A stretch of 63,219 bases of DNA from an uncultured Spirochaetaceae bacterium (GCA_964514135.1 CAZEPL010000001.1:6930-70148), one strand, 5' to 3'; counted from the first letter of the stretch, positions 1 to 8,864 are shown. A program made the numbers and translations. The notes: generated from the letters alone by a model not told the origin.

Positions 1-44
1 CCTTATTCTGTATGAAAAAAGAAAGTAAGAAATTTATATTCTAA

Positions 45-1388
45 CTATTCAATCTCAAAGGCCACCTGTTTTATCTGCGGTTCCAGTTCCAGGAACTTTT
101 CGACTAAAAAGGACTCGAAGTACTTGTCTTTTTCTTTGGTGATTATCTTAACGGCCTCCTCATGGGTATTGGTGTCGCGGTAGGGGCGATCACTCATGAT
201 GGCGTCGTAGGTAATACAGATGGCGGTGATGCGGGCGCTTAAGGCGATCATACGGCCCGACAGACCATAGGGGTAGCCCGTACCGTCCCATTTTTCATGG
301 TGCTGAAGGGCAATCTCCTTGCCGATCGGATTGGGATAAGCGCTTAAGATATAGGCGCCGTTGATGGTGTGCTCCTTTACCAGCTGCCACTCCCACTCTT
401 CCAGTTTGCTTTCTTTATTGAGGATATCGTCCGGTATGCCAATTTTCCCTATGTCGTGCATGGGTGCAAAAAAGATAAGGTCTTCGATATACTCCTCAGT
501 TATTTCCGGATATTGGGGAAGGTCGCTTAAGGTATGGCAGAGGATTTCAATGTATTTGCGGATGCGTTTTATTTTTGTGAGGGAATTTTTTTCCTTTAAC
601 ATGGAAATCTCAGCTAATTTTACAAAAATATTATCTATGGCATAGCTGTTGTCCTGATTGATATCCACAAATACACCTGCATAGCCCTGCGGCATCTCCA
701 GATCTTTGCGTGATTTATAGGATTTATATATGGGAATAAGTATGATATTACGCAGCGGGGCGGGAGCCTGTTGTGAGTCTGAGTTAAGAAGAACTCCCTG
801 ATCGGAATACTCAAGAATTAATCCCTGATCCTGGTCCGCAGCATCTTCTGTCTGTGGGGCAGGATCAGGGGCTTGAGAGGCAGCCTGTTCCGGCAGGGGA
901 GTGTCTTCATCAATATAATCGAGTGCGGGCAGCTGATCGGCGGCCGTTAACAGTTTTGAGCCGATAAGATTGGAGTCCTTGCCGAAAACTTTGATAAATT
1001 TATCATTCACCCAGGTAATATACAGGTTTTTATCCAGCATCAAGGCGGGAGTGGATTCCATATCCTGGGTTACATTAACATAGTTAAAGAGCGTTAAGGA
1101 TGACTCGATATTAATGAGCGTCTCATGATTTTGTTCTTTTAAGAAGTTAATGATATTTTGCAGGGCAGGATCGTGGCCCGCGGGCAGACCTTTGCCTGTT
1201 ACCAGGTAGTCTAACGAGGTGTTGAGCGTCTGGGCAACTTTCAGGGCATCGTCTATTTTAGGAAGAATATCTTTGGAAAACCAGGAGTTAATTGTACTTA
1301 AAGCAATAACCGTCTGTTTGGAAAGCCATGTTCGGCGTTTTTCCTTTTGCTTCAGGATCTGGTCGACATTTTGCAAAAAGATGTGCAT
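45..1388 (-). CDS. XRE-family HTH / PAS-like / HD-GYP domain protein (HD-GYP partly degenerate)
   Basis: N-terminal WFSKDILPKIDDALKVAQTLNTSLDYLVTG (XRE HTH C-terminal signature). PAS-like start PALMLDKNLYITWVNDKF and end GVFVDI. C-terminal MHDIGKIGIPDDILNK...HHEKWDGTGYP...YDAIMSDRPY. Confidence 0.85.
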   Translation of the reverse strand: MHIFLQNVDQILKQKEKRRTWLSKQTVIALSTINSWFSKDILPKIDDALKVAQTLNTSLDYLVTGKGLPAGHDPALQNIINFLKEQNHETLINIESSLTLFNYVNVTQDMESTPALMLDKNLYITWVNDKFIKVFGKDSNLIGSKLLTAADQLPALDYIDEDTPLPEQAASQAPDPAPQTEDAADQDQGLILEYSDQGVLLNSDSQQAPAPLRNIILIPIYKSYKSRKDLEMPQGYAGVFVDINQDNSYAIDNIFVKLAEISMLKEKNSLTKIKRIRKYIEILCHTLSDLPQYPEITEEYIEDLIFFAPMHDIGKIGIPDDILNKESKLEEWEWQLVKEHTINGAYILSAYPNPIGKEIALQHHEKWDGTGYPYGLSGRMIALSARITAICITYDAIMSDRPYRDTNTHEEAVKIITKEKDKYFESFLVEKFLELEPQIKQVAFEIE

Positions 1389-1628
1389 ATTTCCCTCCCA
1401 AGCAAGTGATTTTCACTTCTTACCACCACTACGTGTCTGCCGAATAATTGTTCGTACATTTTAAATTTAAGTTATTTTTTCATTTATTTCAACGAAAAAT
1501 GGAATTTAAATGTCGAAAAAACGATTATTTTATTAAAACGAGGCTGAAATCACTGTTGTTAAGAGCTTTACATAGGGAAGGTTTATTTGATTATGTAACC
1601 GATACTCACTCCCAGCTATGAAGGATAA

Positions 1629-2189
1629 TTAGTAGGATTCCACACCCGATGGCGTATTTTCATACATAGAGGGCATTAAGTTATAGGAAAGTAATAAATG
1701 GGGGGAAATAATAATGTTGTCCATTTGAAAGTCCAAACCCACTCCGACAAGGATATGTATATCGCTCAATCCCGATTTGTCGGGTGGATTGGGTCCAATA
1801 TCCGGTATTTCAAAGTCCACGCAGTATGTGTAGAGCATGCCCGCGCAAGGCCAGATGTTAAAATCTCCCAGTGAAAAGGGATATTTACCAACCAGATAGA
1901 AGTTGAGAAAATTAATTACCGCATCTCTAATATCTTCTGTACCGCCATTCTCTGTCCTTACTCCCCCGACAAAGAAGCTGTAGAATATGCCGAATCGTGC
2001 GTAGGTAAAATCAACATAGGGTCCGAAACCGCCGAAGTGAGTAAACGTGGTAGAATCACCCGTCGGCATAAAGTCCAGGAACAAGGCTGAAAAATAGTTC
2101 AAATGCGCTCCGGTTGAAATTGTTATCTCTTGGGCGCTTAATAAAGTGCATAAAACAAGCAAAATCAGAATAATGCAGTATTTGTTCAT
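1629..2189 (-). CDS. Outer-membrane beta-barrel protein, possibly truncated by a premature TAA
   Basis: Signal peptide ending LSA-QE; amphipathic strands YVDFTYARF, LVGKYPF, ILVGVGLDF; paralogous to 7405..8070. The frame continues after the stop as LSFIAGSEYRL. Confidence 0.7.
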   Translation of the reverse strand: MNKYCIILILLVLCTLLSAQEITISTGAHLNYFSALFLDFMPTGDSTTFTHFGGFGPYVDFTYARFGIFYSFFVGGVRTENGGTEDIRDAVINFLNFYLVGKYPFSLGDFNIWPCAGMLYTYCVDFEIPDIGPNPPDKSGLSDIHILVGVGLDFQMDNIIISPHLLLSYNLMPSMYENTPSGVESY

Positions 2190-2368
2190 AGCGCCTCCCC
2201 GTTGGGAAATAAATATATTGAACGGCTATAAGAGTTTCTTCATTATTAATTATATCCTGATTGCATCAAATAACAAGAAATTTAAAAATAGTGCTTGCAT
2301 ATAATGAAATAATTTATTTAATACAATGATACAGACTATGTATAAAGTATTATTTGAAGGAGTACTAC

Positions 2369-3496
2369 ATGATCCATTTAGGTAAAACCGATTGTGGCCC
2401 CGAGGAAGTTGGCTACAATCCGGAAGCGTTGGAGAGTTTAGACAAACACTTTCAGGCACTCATCGATAAAGGCATGATTAATGCCGCAGGTTATCTGTTA
2501 TCCAAAGACGGTAAGGTCTTTGCCCATAGATCCATGGGCAAACAGTCCGTTTATGAGGACAAAGGTGAGTTTTTACCCGACAGCATCCGGCCCATCGCTT
2601 CGATTAGCAAGGTATTTACCACTACGGGTCTGCTGCAGCTGATGGAGCAGGGAAAGTTCTTTTTGCACCAGTCGGTTTCCGACTTTATAAAAGAGTTTGA
2701 TACCGACATGCACCGCTATATTACTATTTTTCAGCTCTTAACCCATACTTCGGGCTTAAAAGCCGATCCGGGTAACTTTTTTGAGCCTTATCCCGAAGAT
2801 TGGGGAAGCAGCCGGTGGACCAAAAAGAACTGGATTAAAAAAACATTGGCCGGACCGCTGCAGTTTAAGCCGGGAACAGTGTGGAATTACTGCTCCAAGG
2901 GTTTCAATATTTTGGCGGAGCTTATTGCCCGCTTGTCGGGAATGGATTACGATAAATACATAGAAGAGCATATTTTTAAGCCGCTGGGTATGAACTCCTC
3001 ATTTTTCTTCGTACCGGACAAATTTAAAGATAAAGTGAGCATGGTATCTCCATGGAATAAAGAGAAGTTAAAACATACACGCGATAAAATACCTTCACCC
3101 TCGCTATTGGGAGGAGGCGATATTTTATCCACTCTTTCAGATCTGTGGAAATTCGGTCAGATGATGTTAAACGGCGGTACATTTAATGGCAATAGAATAC
3201 TCGGCAGAAAAACAATTGAAGCGGCCACCAAACCGCAGGAAAAGGAGATCAAAGCGTATAACTGGCAGCCGCATATCTTCGACGACAGCTTTAAATGGAC
3301 CTGCGGCCTGGGCTGGGAACTGAATAAACACAAATTTTTAAGCGACGGCACCTACGACCACGAAGGTGCTGAGGGAGCAGGCTTGTTTATCGATCCCAAA
3401 GAGAACTTTATTTTTGCCGGTTTTTACCCTGATCCGGATTGGCATGGTGAAGCCTGGGTAAGCCCGCTGGCCATTGCCTGGTCGGGGATTGGATAA
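2369..3496 (+). CDS. Serine hydrolase, beta-lactamase/AmpC-like family
   Basis: SxxK (SISK), LLTHTSG, PGTVWNYCS (Y motif) and HEG motifs. Start moved to ATG 2369 after RBS GAAGGAG. Confidence 0.9.
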   Translation: MIHLGKTDCGPEEVGYNPEALESLDKHFQALIDKGMINAAGYLLSKDGKVFAHRSMGKQSVYEDKGEFLPDSIRPIASISKVFTTTGLLQLMEQGKFFLHQSVSDFIKEFDTDMHRYITIFQLLTHTSGLKADPGNFFEPYPEDWGSSRWTKKNWIKKTLAGPLQFKPGTVWNYCSKGFNILAELIARLSGMDYDKYIEEHIFKPLGMNSSFFFVPDKFKDKVSMVSPWNKEKLKHTRDKIPSPSLLGGGDILSTLSDLWKFGQMMLNGGTFNGNRILGRKTIEAATKPQEKEIKAYNWQPHIFDDSFKWTCGLGWELNKHKFLSDGTYDHEGAEGAGLFIDPKENFIFAGFYPDPDWHGEAWVSPLAIAWSGIG

Positions 3497-3554
3497 AACA
3501 GACGGGATTAACAGTATGATTATGCGTGTGGTGGCGCACAATATTTAATTTACA

Positions 3555-4385
3555 TTGAAAAGATTATTTAATTACATATTAAAACAACTCCGTATCATAA
3601 AAGCCGTGGCGTTTGTTACCTATAAAGAATGGGCCGCCTACCGCTCGCATATGCTCATCTCTTTATTTGTGGGTCCGGTTCAGTTTATCGTGCAGGTGTT
3701 TATCTGGCGGGCTGTATATACGAACCAGACGGTACTCAACGGTCTTACTCTGGAACAGATTATAACTTACTACGCGGTGGTAACCATTATTCACTACCTG
3801 GTTATGGACTTTGCCTCCTGGAACCTGCACATGCTCATTCGCACCGGCCGCTTTGTCACCTATATGATACGACCCCTGTCTCATCGCTTTTTTGCGCTTT
3901 CGCAAAAGGTGGGGCATCGCGCGCTGGGTTTCGTATGGGAATTTATACCGGTTTACTGCATGTTCTTTTTTGTGTTTCAGATAACGTTAATCCCGGCTCA
4001 TGTGGGCTGGGCGCTCTGTTCCGTATTTCTGGGTTTTATGATGCACTTTTTTTTAAATTACTGCATCGGGATTATAGGTTTTTGGCTGATAAGAGCCGAA
4101 GGTGTACGGAGAATGATCCTGATCTTCAGCATGCTGTTCGAAGGAGTGTTTATTCCTCTGGTGTTTTTCCCACTCCCTATACAAAAGATCCTCTTCTTCC
4201 TGCCCTTCCAGTTTGCCACGTATGTGCCTATCCGCGTGTTTATAGGTTCGTATGAGCTGGCTGGTATAAGCTTTGAGCTGCCGCATATTATTGCTCTTCA
4301 GGCCGCGGCCGTGGTTGTTATGTATTTTATGTCCGAGTTGCTCTGGCGCATGGGGATAAAAAAGTTTACGGGAGTGGGCATATGA
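3555..4385 (+). CDS. ABC-2 family transporter permease (DUF990-like)
   Basis: About six hydrophobic segments; IRTGRFVTYMIRP and GVFIPLVFFP motifs; in an operon with a second permease and an ATPase. Confidence 0.85.
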   Translation: MKRLFNYILKQLRIIKAVAFVTYKEWAAYRSHMLISLFVGPVQFIVQVFIWRAVYTNQTVLNGLTLEQIITYYAVVTIIHYLVMDFASWNLHMLIRTGRFVTYMIRPLSHRFFALSQKVGHRALGFVWEFIPVYCMFFFVFQITLIPAHVGWALCSVFLGFMMHFFLNYCIGIIGFWLIRAEGVRRMILIFSMLFEGVFIPLVFFPLPIQKILFFLPFQFATYVPIRVFIGSYELAGISFELPHIIALQAAAVVVMYFMSELLWRMGIKKFTGVGI

Positions 4386-5164
4386 GAGCACAAGTTAAGA
4401 TATACCTTACCGCCTTTAAAAACGCCCTTGCCACGCGCATGGCTTACCGGATCGATCTGTTTGTAAGCGCCTTTATTATGCTGGTGTTCGAGCTGATTAT
4501 TCCTCTGGTAACCTTTCTCATTTACAGCTCCGGAGCCGGTTTTCCGGGCTGGAAGTTTCATGAGGTCTTTCTGATTCAGGCTGTGTTTTTATTATCCAAA
4601 GGCATTACCTTTCCCTTTTTCGCGGGTATTGTCTGGAACACGATCACCCAAATCAGAGAGGGCACCTATGACCTGCTGCTGATCAAACCGCGCAATATCC
4701 TGTTTATGACCCTGCTTACAGGGATCGATATCGAAGACCTGGGCAAGCTGCTGGGCGGAATCGCCATATTTATATTCGCTGTCTCACAGGTGCCGGATCC
4801 GGGTGTGTTGAACTGGCTGGCCTTTGTGCTGCTGTTTGTCTGTTCCATAATCGTGTTTATATCTTTTTCCTTTATTATGGCGGCCAGCGGCTTTAAGTGG
4901 GTGGGGAATTTCAGGGTGTATGAAATATTCGAGGCTTTAACCAGTTTTGCCATGTATCCCATGAGTATTTTCTCCGAAGGAGTACAGATTCTGATTACCG
5001 CCTGTATTCCACTGGCGCTGATGGGATTTTTTCCGGCTTCGCTTATTTTGGGGAAGCCTCTGGACTGGCTTTTCATGAGCTTGGCAAGCTGTGTGTTTTT
5101 TTTGGTATTCAGTATTTTTTTCTGGTACAGAATGTTACGATCTTATACAAGCGCGGGTGGTTAA
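4382..5164 (+). CDS. ABC-2 family transporter permease (DUF990-like)
   Basis: IREGTYDLLLIKP and FAMYPMSIF motifs; ATGA overlap with the upstream gene. Confidence 0.85.
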   Translation: MRAQVKIYLTAFKNALATRMAYRIDLFVSAFIMLVFELIIPLVTFLIYSSGAGFPGWKFHEVFLIQAVFLLSKGITFPFFAGIVWNTITQIREGTYDLLLIKPRNILFMTLLTGIDIEDLGKLLGGIAIFIFAVSQVPDPGVLNWLAFVLLFVCSIIVFISFSFIMAASGFKWVGNFRVYEIFEALTSFAMYPMSIFSEGVQILITACIPLALMGFFPASLILGKPLDWLFMSLASCVFFLVFSIFFWYRMLRSYTSAGG

Positions 5165-5166
5165 CA

Positions 5167-6135
5167 ATGATTATTAGAGTGGAAAATCTTACAAAAACCT
5201 ATGTTACCTATAAAAGGGGTCATACCTTTTGGGAGACACTCAAAAGCATATTTAAACGTAAAAAGGTGCTTGTAGAGGCTCTGAAAAGCATCAGCTTTTC
5301 CATTGAAAAGGGAGAGCTGCTGGGTCTGATAGGTCCCAATGGTGCGGGCAAGTCCACCACTATTAAGATTCTTACCGGTATTCTTTTCCCCACTTCGGGT
5401 AAGGTTGAATCGTACGGCTATGTGCCCTGGAAGGCGCGTAAAAAATATGTTGCTCACATCGGAGTCGTGTTCGGCCAAAAGTCGCAGCTGGTGTGGGACA
5501 TACCGCCGCTGGACTCCTTTTATATGAACAAGGCCATATATGACATTAAAAGCGAAGATTACCAAAAACGCCTCAACCGGATGGTAAGCATGCTCAATGC
5601 AGAGGAGATCATTAAAAAGCCCACACGCCAGCTCTCGTTGGGAGAGAGGATGAGGTGCGAGTTCATTATGGCCATGCTGCATAACCCCAAGATTGTGTTT
5701 CTGGATGAGCCCACCATTGGCCTGGATGTGATTGCCAAGGAACAGATCCGCATCTTCATTAAAGAGATGAATGATCAGGGGGTAACCTTTATTCTCACCA
5801 CTCACGACATGGATGATGTGGAGCACCTGGCCCGGCGGGTGATTGTGATCAACCACGGCGAGATTGTGTTCGACGGCCGGATGGAGGCGCTGAAAAACTA
5901 TCTGGGCACAAAAAAAATTGTGTATTTGGCTACCCACGAAAAACTGCCCGCGCTTAAAAAGCGCGGTGTGGAAAATATCCGTATGCTCAGCGACTACGAA
6001 GCAGAGCTGGAGCTGGATCTTGCCAAGATAGAGCTGAACCGCTTTATAAAGACCATCAATGAAAAAAACACCATCCGCGACATCTCCATCCACGAGCCTT
6101 CCATAGAGACGGTGATTAAGAAGCTGTATGAGTGA
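5167..6135 (+). CDS. ABC transporter ATP-binding protein
   Basis: Walker A GPNGAGKST, signature LSLGE, Walker B VFLDEPT, H-loop TTH. Confidence 0.95.
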   Translation: MIIRVENLTKTYVTYKRGHTFWETLKSIFKRKKVLVEALKSISFSIEKGELLGLIGPNGAGKSTTIKILTGILFPTSGKVESYGYVPWKARKKYVAHIGVVFGQKSQLVWDIPPLDSFYMNKAIYDIKSEDYQKRLNRMVSMLNAEEIIKKPTRQLSLGERMRCEFIMAMLHNPKIVFLDEPTIGLDVIAKEQIRIFIKEMNDQGVTFILTTHDMDDVEHLARRVIVINHGEIVFDGRMEALKNYLGTKKIVYLATHEKLPALKKRGVENIRMLSDYEAELELDLAKIELNRFIKTINEKNTIRDISIHEPSIETVIKKLYE

Positions 6136-6136
6136 A
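6046..6136 (+). repeat. 91-bp direct repeat copy 1 (3' end of the ABC ATPase gene)
   Basis: Manual alignment to 7165..7255: 84/91 identical. Confidence 0.95.
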
Positions 6137-6238
6137 GGTGCTATAGATGTTAACTATTATTTTTTCCATAGATTGCTACACTTGACGTTCTATTTTTATA
6201 AAGTATATAACGTATTTATATATAAAATTATGTAGCAC

Positions 6239-6637
6239 TTATTGCGCTAACAATAAACCATATTTTATATAATCATTAAATATTTGATCTCTGCTTAAAA
6301 GATGATATTTTTTATTAATAGCTTCCCAAATAATTAACCTATCAAAAGGATCTTGATGTATATCACTAGGAAGTTTATAAAATGACGCAAATGTATTATA
6401 ACTAATATCTTCAATCAAATATCCATTTGATATTAAAATATCTGGAATTCTATCCGGAGTAATATTTTCCAATTCTAACTTATTTATCGCATATTTCAAG
6501 CTTATTTCAAAGAATGAAATATTACTTACGATTATATCATTATTTTCATCATCAATCAGCTGTATTTCATTTTTCTTTAATTTTAAACCATCAAATAATA
6601 TCCATAGTACAATATTTGTATCTAATAATATTTTCAT
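6239..6637 (-). CDS. vapC: PIN-domain toxin (VapC family)
   Basis: ILLDTNIVLW N-terminus, SFFEI, HQDPFDRLI, LLSRD acidic PIN motifs. Confidence 0.9.
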   Translation of the reverse strand: MKILLDTNIVLWILFDGLKLKKNEIQLIDDENNDIIVSNISFFEISLKYAINKLELENITPDRIPDILISNGYLIEDISYNTFASFYKLPSDIHQDPFDRLIIWEAINKKYHLLSRDQIFNDYIKYGLLLAQ

Positions 6638-6870
6638 AATGATAATAATTCTTTATCTGTTATTTTAAAGTTATCTATTATTTTATAACTTGCTTTTCCT
6701 TTTAAAATGCCTATCTTTCTCTTAGTCGGCTTATATTTTTTGTATGGTATAATAACTGCCAACTTCTCATGCTTTTTACCATATTCAATAGTTATTTCTT
6801 CACCATCTGATATTTTTTTTAATATCTGAGAAAGATTTGCTTTTAATTTTCCAATTGTAAATGTTTTCAT
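6634..6870 (-). CDS. Phd/YefM-family antitoxin
   Basis: MKTFTIGKLKANLSQILKKISDGEEITI...AVIIP, then RKIGILKG; 4-bp overlap with the PIN gene. Confidence 0.85.
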   Translation of the reverse strand: MKTFTIGKLKANLSQILKKISDGEEITIEYGKKHEKLAVIIPYKKYKPTKRKIGILKGKASYKIIDNFKITDKELLSL

Positions 6871-6979
6871 ATAAAAAATATATAGCTTTCTTGACTAGTT
6901 GTCAAGTTGTAAAATATTGAATATATATACTGTAAATTAGTATGTCATTGTTATCTACCAGATCCTTTATTATTCTTTT

Positions 6980-7099
6980 TTATCCATAGACCACAGTTCA
7001 AATTATTTCTTTATACATTTCATATTCGCGACTGGTTTTAACAATGATATCAACCGGGATAACTAAATCTTTGAGATAGCTGCTTACAACACGGTTTCT
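6980..7099 (-). pseudogene. Remnant of a minimal nucleotidyltransferase (MNT) C-terminus
   Basis: Manual translation RNRVVSSYLKDLVIPVDIIVKTSREYEMYKEII*TVVYG*, resembling the MNT tail IPVDIIV.T..E...Y...IGT..Y. Confidence 0.55.
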
Positions 7100-7164
7100 T
7101 TTTATTTTCTGTAATCATACACTTATAATATAAAAACTAATAATTCTCTGCAAGCAGACAAGTA

Positions 7165-7255
7165 ATAAAAACCATCAATGAAAAAAACACTATCCGTGAC
7201 ATCTCCATCCACGAGCCGCCCATCGAGACGGTGATTAAGAAGTTGTATGAGTGAA
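7165..7255 (+). repeat. 91-bp direct repeat copy 2 (orphan 3' end of the ABC ATPase gene)
   Basis: Encodes IKTINEKNTIRDISIHEPPIETVIKKLYE*, versus ...HEPSIETVIKKLYE* in the intact gene. Confidence 0.95.
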
Positions 7256-7346
7256 AGATCGGGGCGCCGGTTATTTCCTTTCAATACATGAAGCGGACAT
7301 TTCTATTGTGCTTTGGAAAAGATTCTTTAAAATAGCTAAAAATTGT

Positions 7347-7374
7347 TTGATTTTTTTTTTAAATGTTATATAAT
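7347..7374 (+). promoter_or_regulatory. Sigma70-like promoter with a T10 tract in the spacer
   Basis: TTGATT (7347-7352), 16 nt, TATAAT (7369-7374); T x10 at 7351-7360; RBS AGGAGG before ATG 7405. Confidence 0.55.
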
Positions 7375-7404
7375 TGTGTATTACAAATGAAACAGGAGGT
7401 TTGT

Positions 7405-8070
7405 ATGAAAAAAATTTTAGTATTAGCATGTGTACTGTGTTTATTTAGCATGAGTGCATTTGCCCAGGATATCAGTATCAGCGCCGGAGCTGAGGTAATG
7501 TTTGCGATGCATACACTAGGATATCATATCGATGTGGACGAGGATAATTTAGCATACATTGACTACAATGATCAAGTTGCCGCAATCGGAGTGTGGTTAG
7601 ATTTTACCTATGTTCGACTATCAGCTGATTTTACTATGTTCGTAGATGGACAAGTACATCATAAATTAATATTTGGAGGTGCTACTCTTGATGACGATGA
7701 TTATGATTATGTAGATGGTGTCGGATATAATAGTATCCTGATTACCTTAGTAGGGAAATATCCGTTTGATGTGGGTGGTATGATAATATACCCAGAAATT
7801 GGTGTAGCCTATGATCTTATGATTCACTATGATGCAGATGGCGATGGAGAAAGCGATTTAGGAGATCCGGGCCTTGATGATCTCAGCGACTTCTATATAG
7901 TTGGTGGAGTGGGAATGAGTGTGCCATTAGATCCGGTTATTATTAATTTAGAAGTCCAGTTTGGATATAATCTCACAGGAAATTCTGACGCAGATTATGA
8001 TCCGGTTGACGAAGAAACCTACCCTGGCTGGTTTTTGGGTATTAAAGCCGGTGTAGGTATTGCGTTTTAA
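7405..8070 (+). CDS. Outer-membrane beta-barrel protein
   Basis: Signal peptide ending AFA-QD; alternating strands; C-terminal GIKAGVGIAF with terminal Phe. Confidence 0.8.
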   Translation: MKKILVLACVLCLFSMSAFAQDISISAGAEVMFAMHTLGYHIDVDEDNLAYIDYNDQVAAIGVWLDFTYVRLSADFTMFVDGQVHHKLIFGGATLDDDDYDYVDGVGYNSILITLVGKYPFDVGGMIIYPEIGVAYDLMIHYDADGDGESDLGDPGLDDLSDFYIVGGVGMSVPLDPVIINLEVQFGYNLTGNSDADYDPVDEETYPGWFLGIKAGVGIAF

Positions 8071-8088
8071 AGAAATATTCTTTTATAG

Positions 8089-8123
8089 AAAAAGAGGCTG
8101 TTATGTAACAGCCTCTTTTTTTT
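8089..8123. terminator. Intrinsic terminator, probably bidirectional
   Basis: AAAAAGAGGCTGTT-atgt-AACAGCCTCTTTTT followed by further T. Confidence 0.85.
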
Positions 8124-8274
8124 GATATTTCGGTAACAGGGCTTCATCAGGATCAATGTCTGATATGCTAATAACTGATAGTTGCATCTATAGAGATTAT
8201 TAATTATTTTCCAAAAATAACCTCCCTTGACTTCCCCAATTCAGAAAGTATATAAAGTATTCATATATAAGATT

Positions 8275-8793
8275 ATGTATTTGCCGCTAAAAAAGTTATA
8301 TTTTTGTTTTATTATCCTCATTTTATTAGTTGCTTCCCTCTCCGCTCAAGAAAATACAATTTTGAAAACACGTAAAATCTTACTTCTGCCCACTCAGGAC
8401 GCCACAAATAATGAAGCGTATAAGCACCTGCGTATGTATATATTCAACGTATTAAAAAGTAATTTACTAAAATATGAAAATTTAGAAGTTATTTTCTTTA
8501 ATGATAATTTTTCCGTATCGCTGTATGACAAAGATTTTGAATCCATAGTAAAAGGGCTGAGTGAACAATACACTGTGGAATCGTTTATCTTCGGAGAGTA
8601 TTTTGTGGACAACCGGGGTCTGCATGTATTCGTTAATGTCTGGGATGCGGCCAGTTTGCGGGTAAAAAACCTTTTTATGAAAAGCATGCCCGCGGACCTG
8701 GATATGCTGGAAAATATAGAAGGTATTACCTTAATGCGTATTATAGTTTTGGTCCTCAATGGGATGACGTTAAAAGCCGTCTCCATTTTGTAA
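8275..8793 (+). CDS. Exported protein with a TolB-N/CsgG/FlgO-like fold, probably truncated or internally deleted
   Basis: Signal peptide ending LSA-QE; KILLLP...D...GEYF...VFVNVWDA pattern; implausible C-terminus. Confidence 0.5.
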   Translation: MYLPLKKLYFCFIILILLVASLSAQENTILKTRKILLLPTQDATNNEAYKHLRMYIFNVLKSNLLKYENLEVIFFNDNFSVSLYDKDFESIVKGLSEQYTVESFIFGEYFVDNRGLHVFVNVWDAASLRVKNLFMKSMPADLDMLENIEGITLMRIIVLVLNGMTLKAVSIL

Positions 8794-8831
8794 TCGAGCC
8801 AATTGAATAAAAGATTAGTTTGAGAAATACT

Positions 8832-8864
8832 CACAGCCCCGGCCGCGTACCGGGGTTTTTTTAT
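8832..8864 (+). terminator. Intrinsic terminator, copy 1 of a 33-bp repeat
   Basis: CCCCGG-ccgcgta-CCGGGG then T7; 28/33 identical to 9685..9717. Confidence 0.8.

Larger units (their letters stand above)
6137..7164. mobile_element. AT-rich islet carrying a type II TA module, bounded by the 91-bp repeat
   Basis: Visibly lower GC than the flanks, TA cargo, flanking direct repeats. No recombinase gene. Confidence 0.6.

Noticed and set aside
3629-4255. 208-aa alternate-frame ORF, and the many other short overlapping ORFs in the track
   Set aside because: Nested in well-supported genes, with no RBS or recognisable motif.
5161-6093. 310-aa antisense ORF
   Set aside because: Exact shadow of the ABC ATPase, a known artefact of conserved NBD codons; no motifs of its own.
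6182-6211. TTGACG...TATATA possible antisense promoter facing the PIN toxin
   Set aside because: Suboptimal spacing in very AT-rich DNA, where such matches arise by chance.
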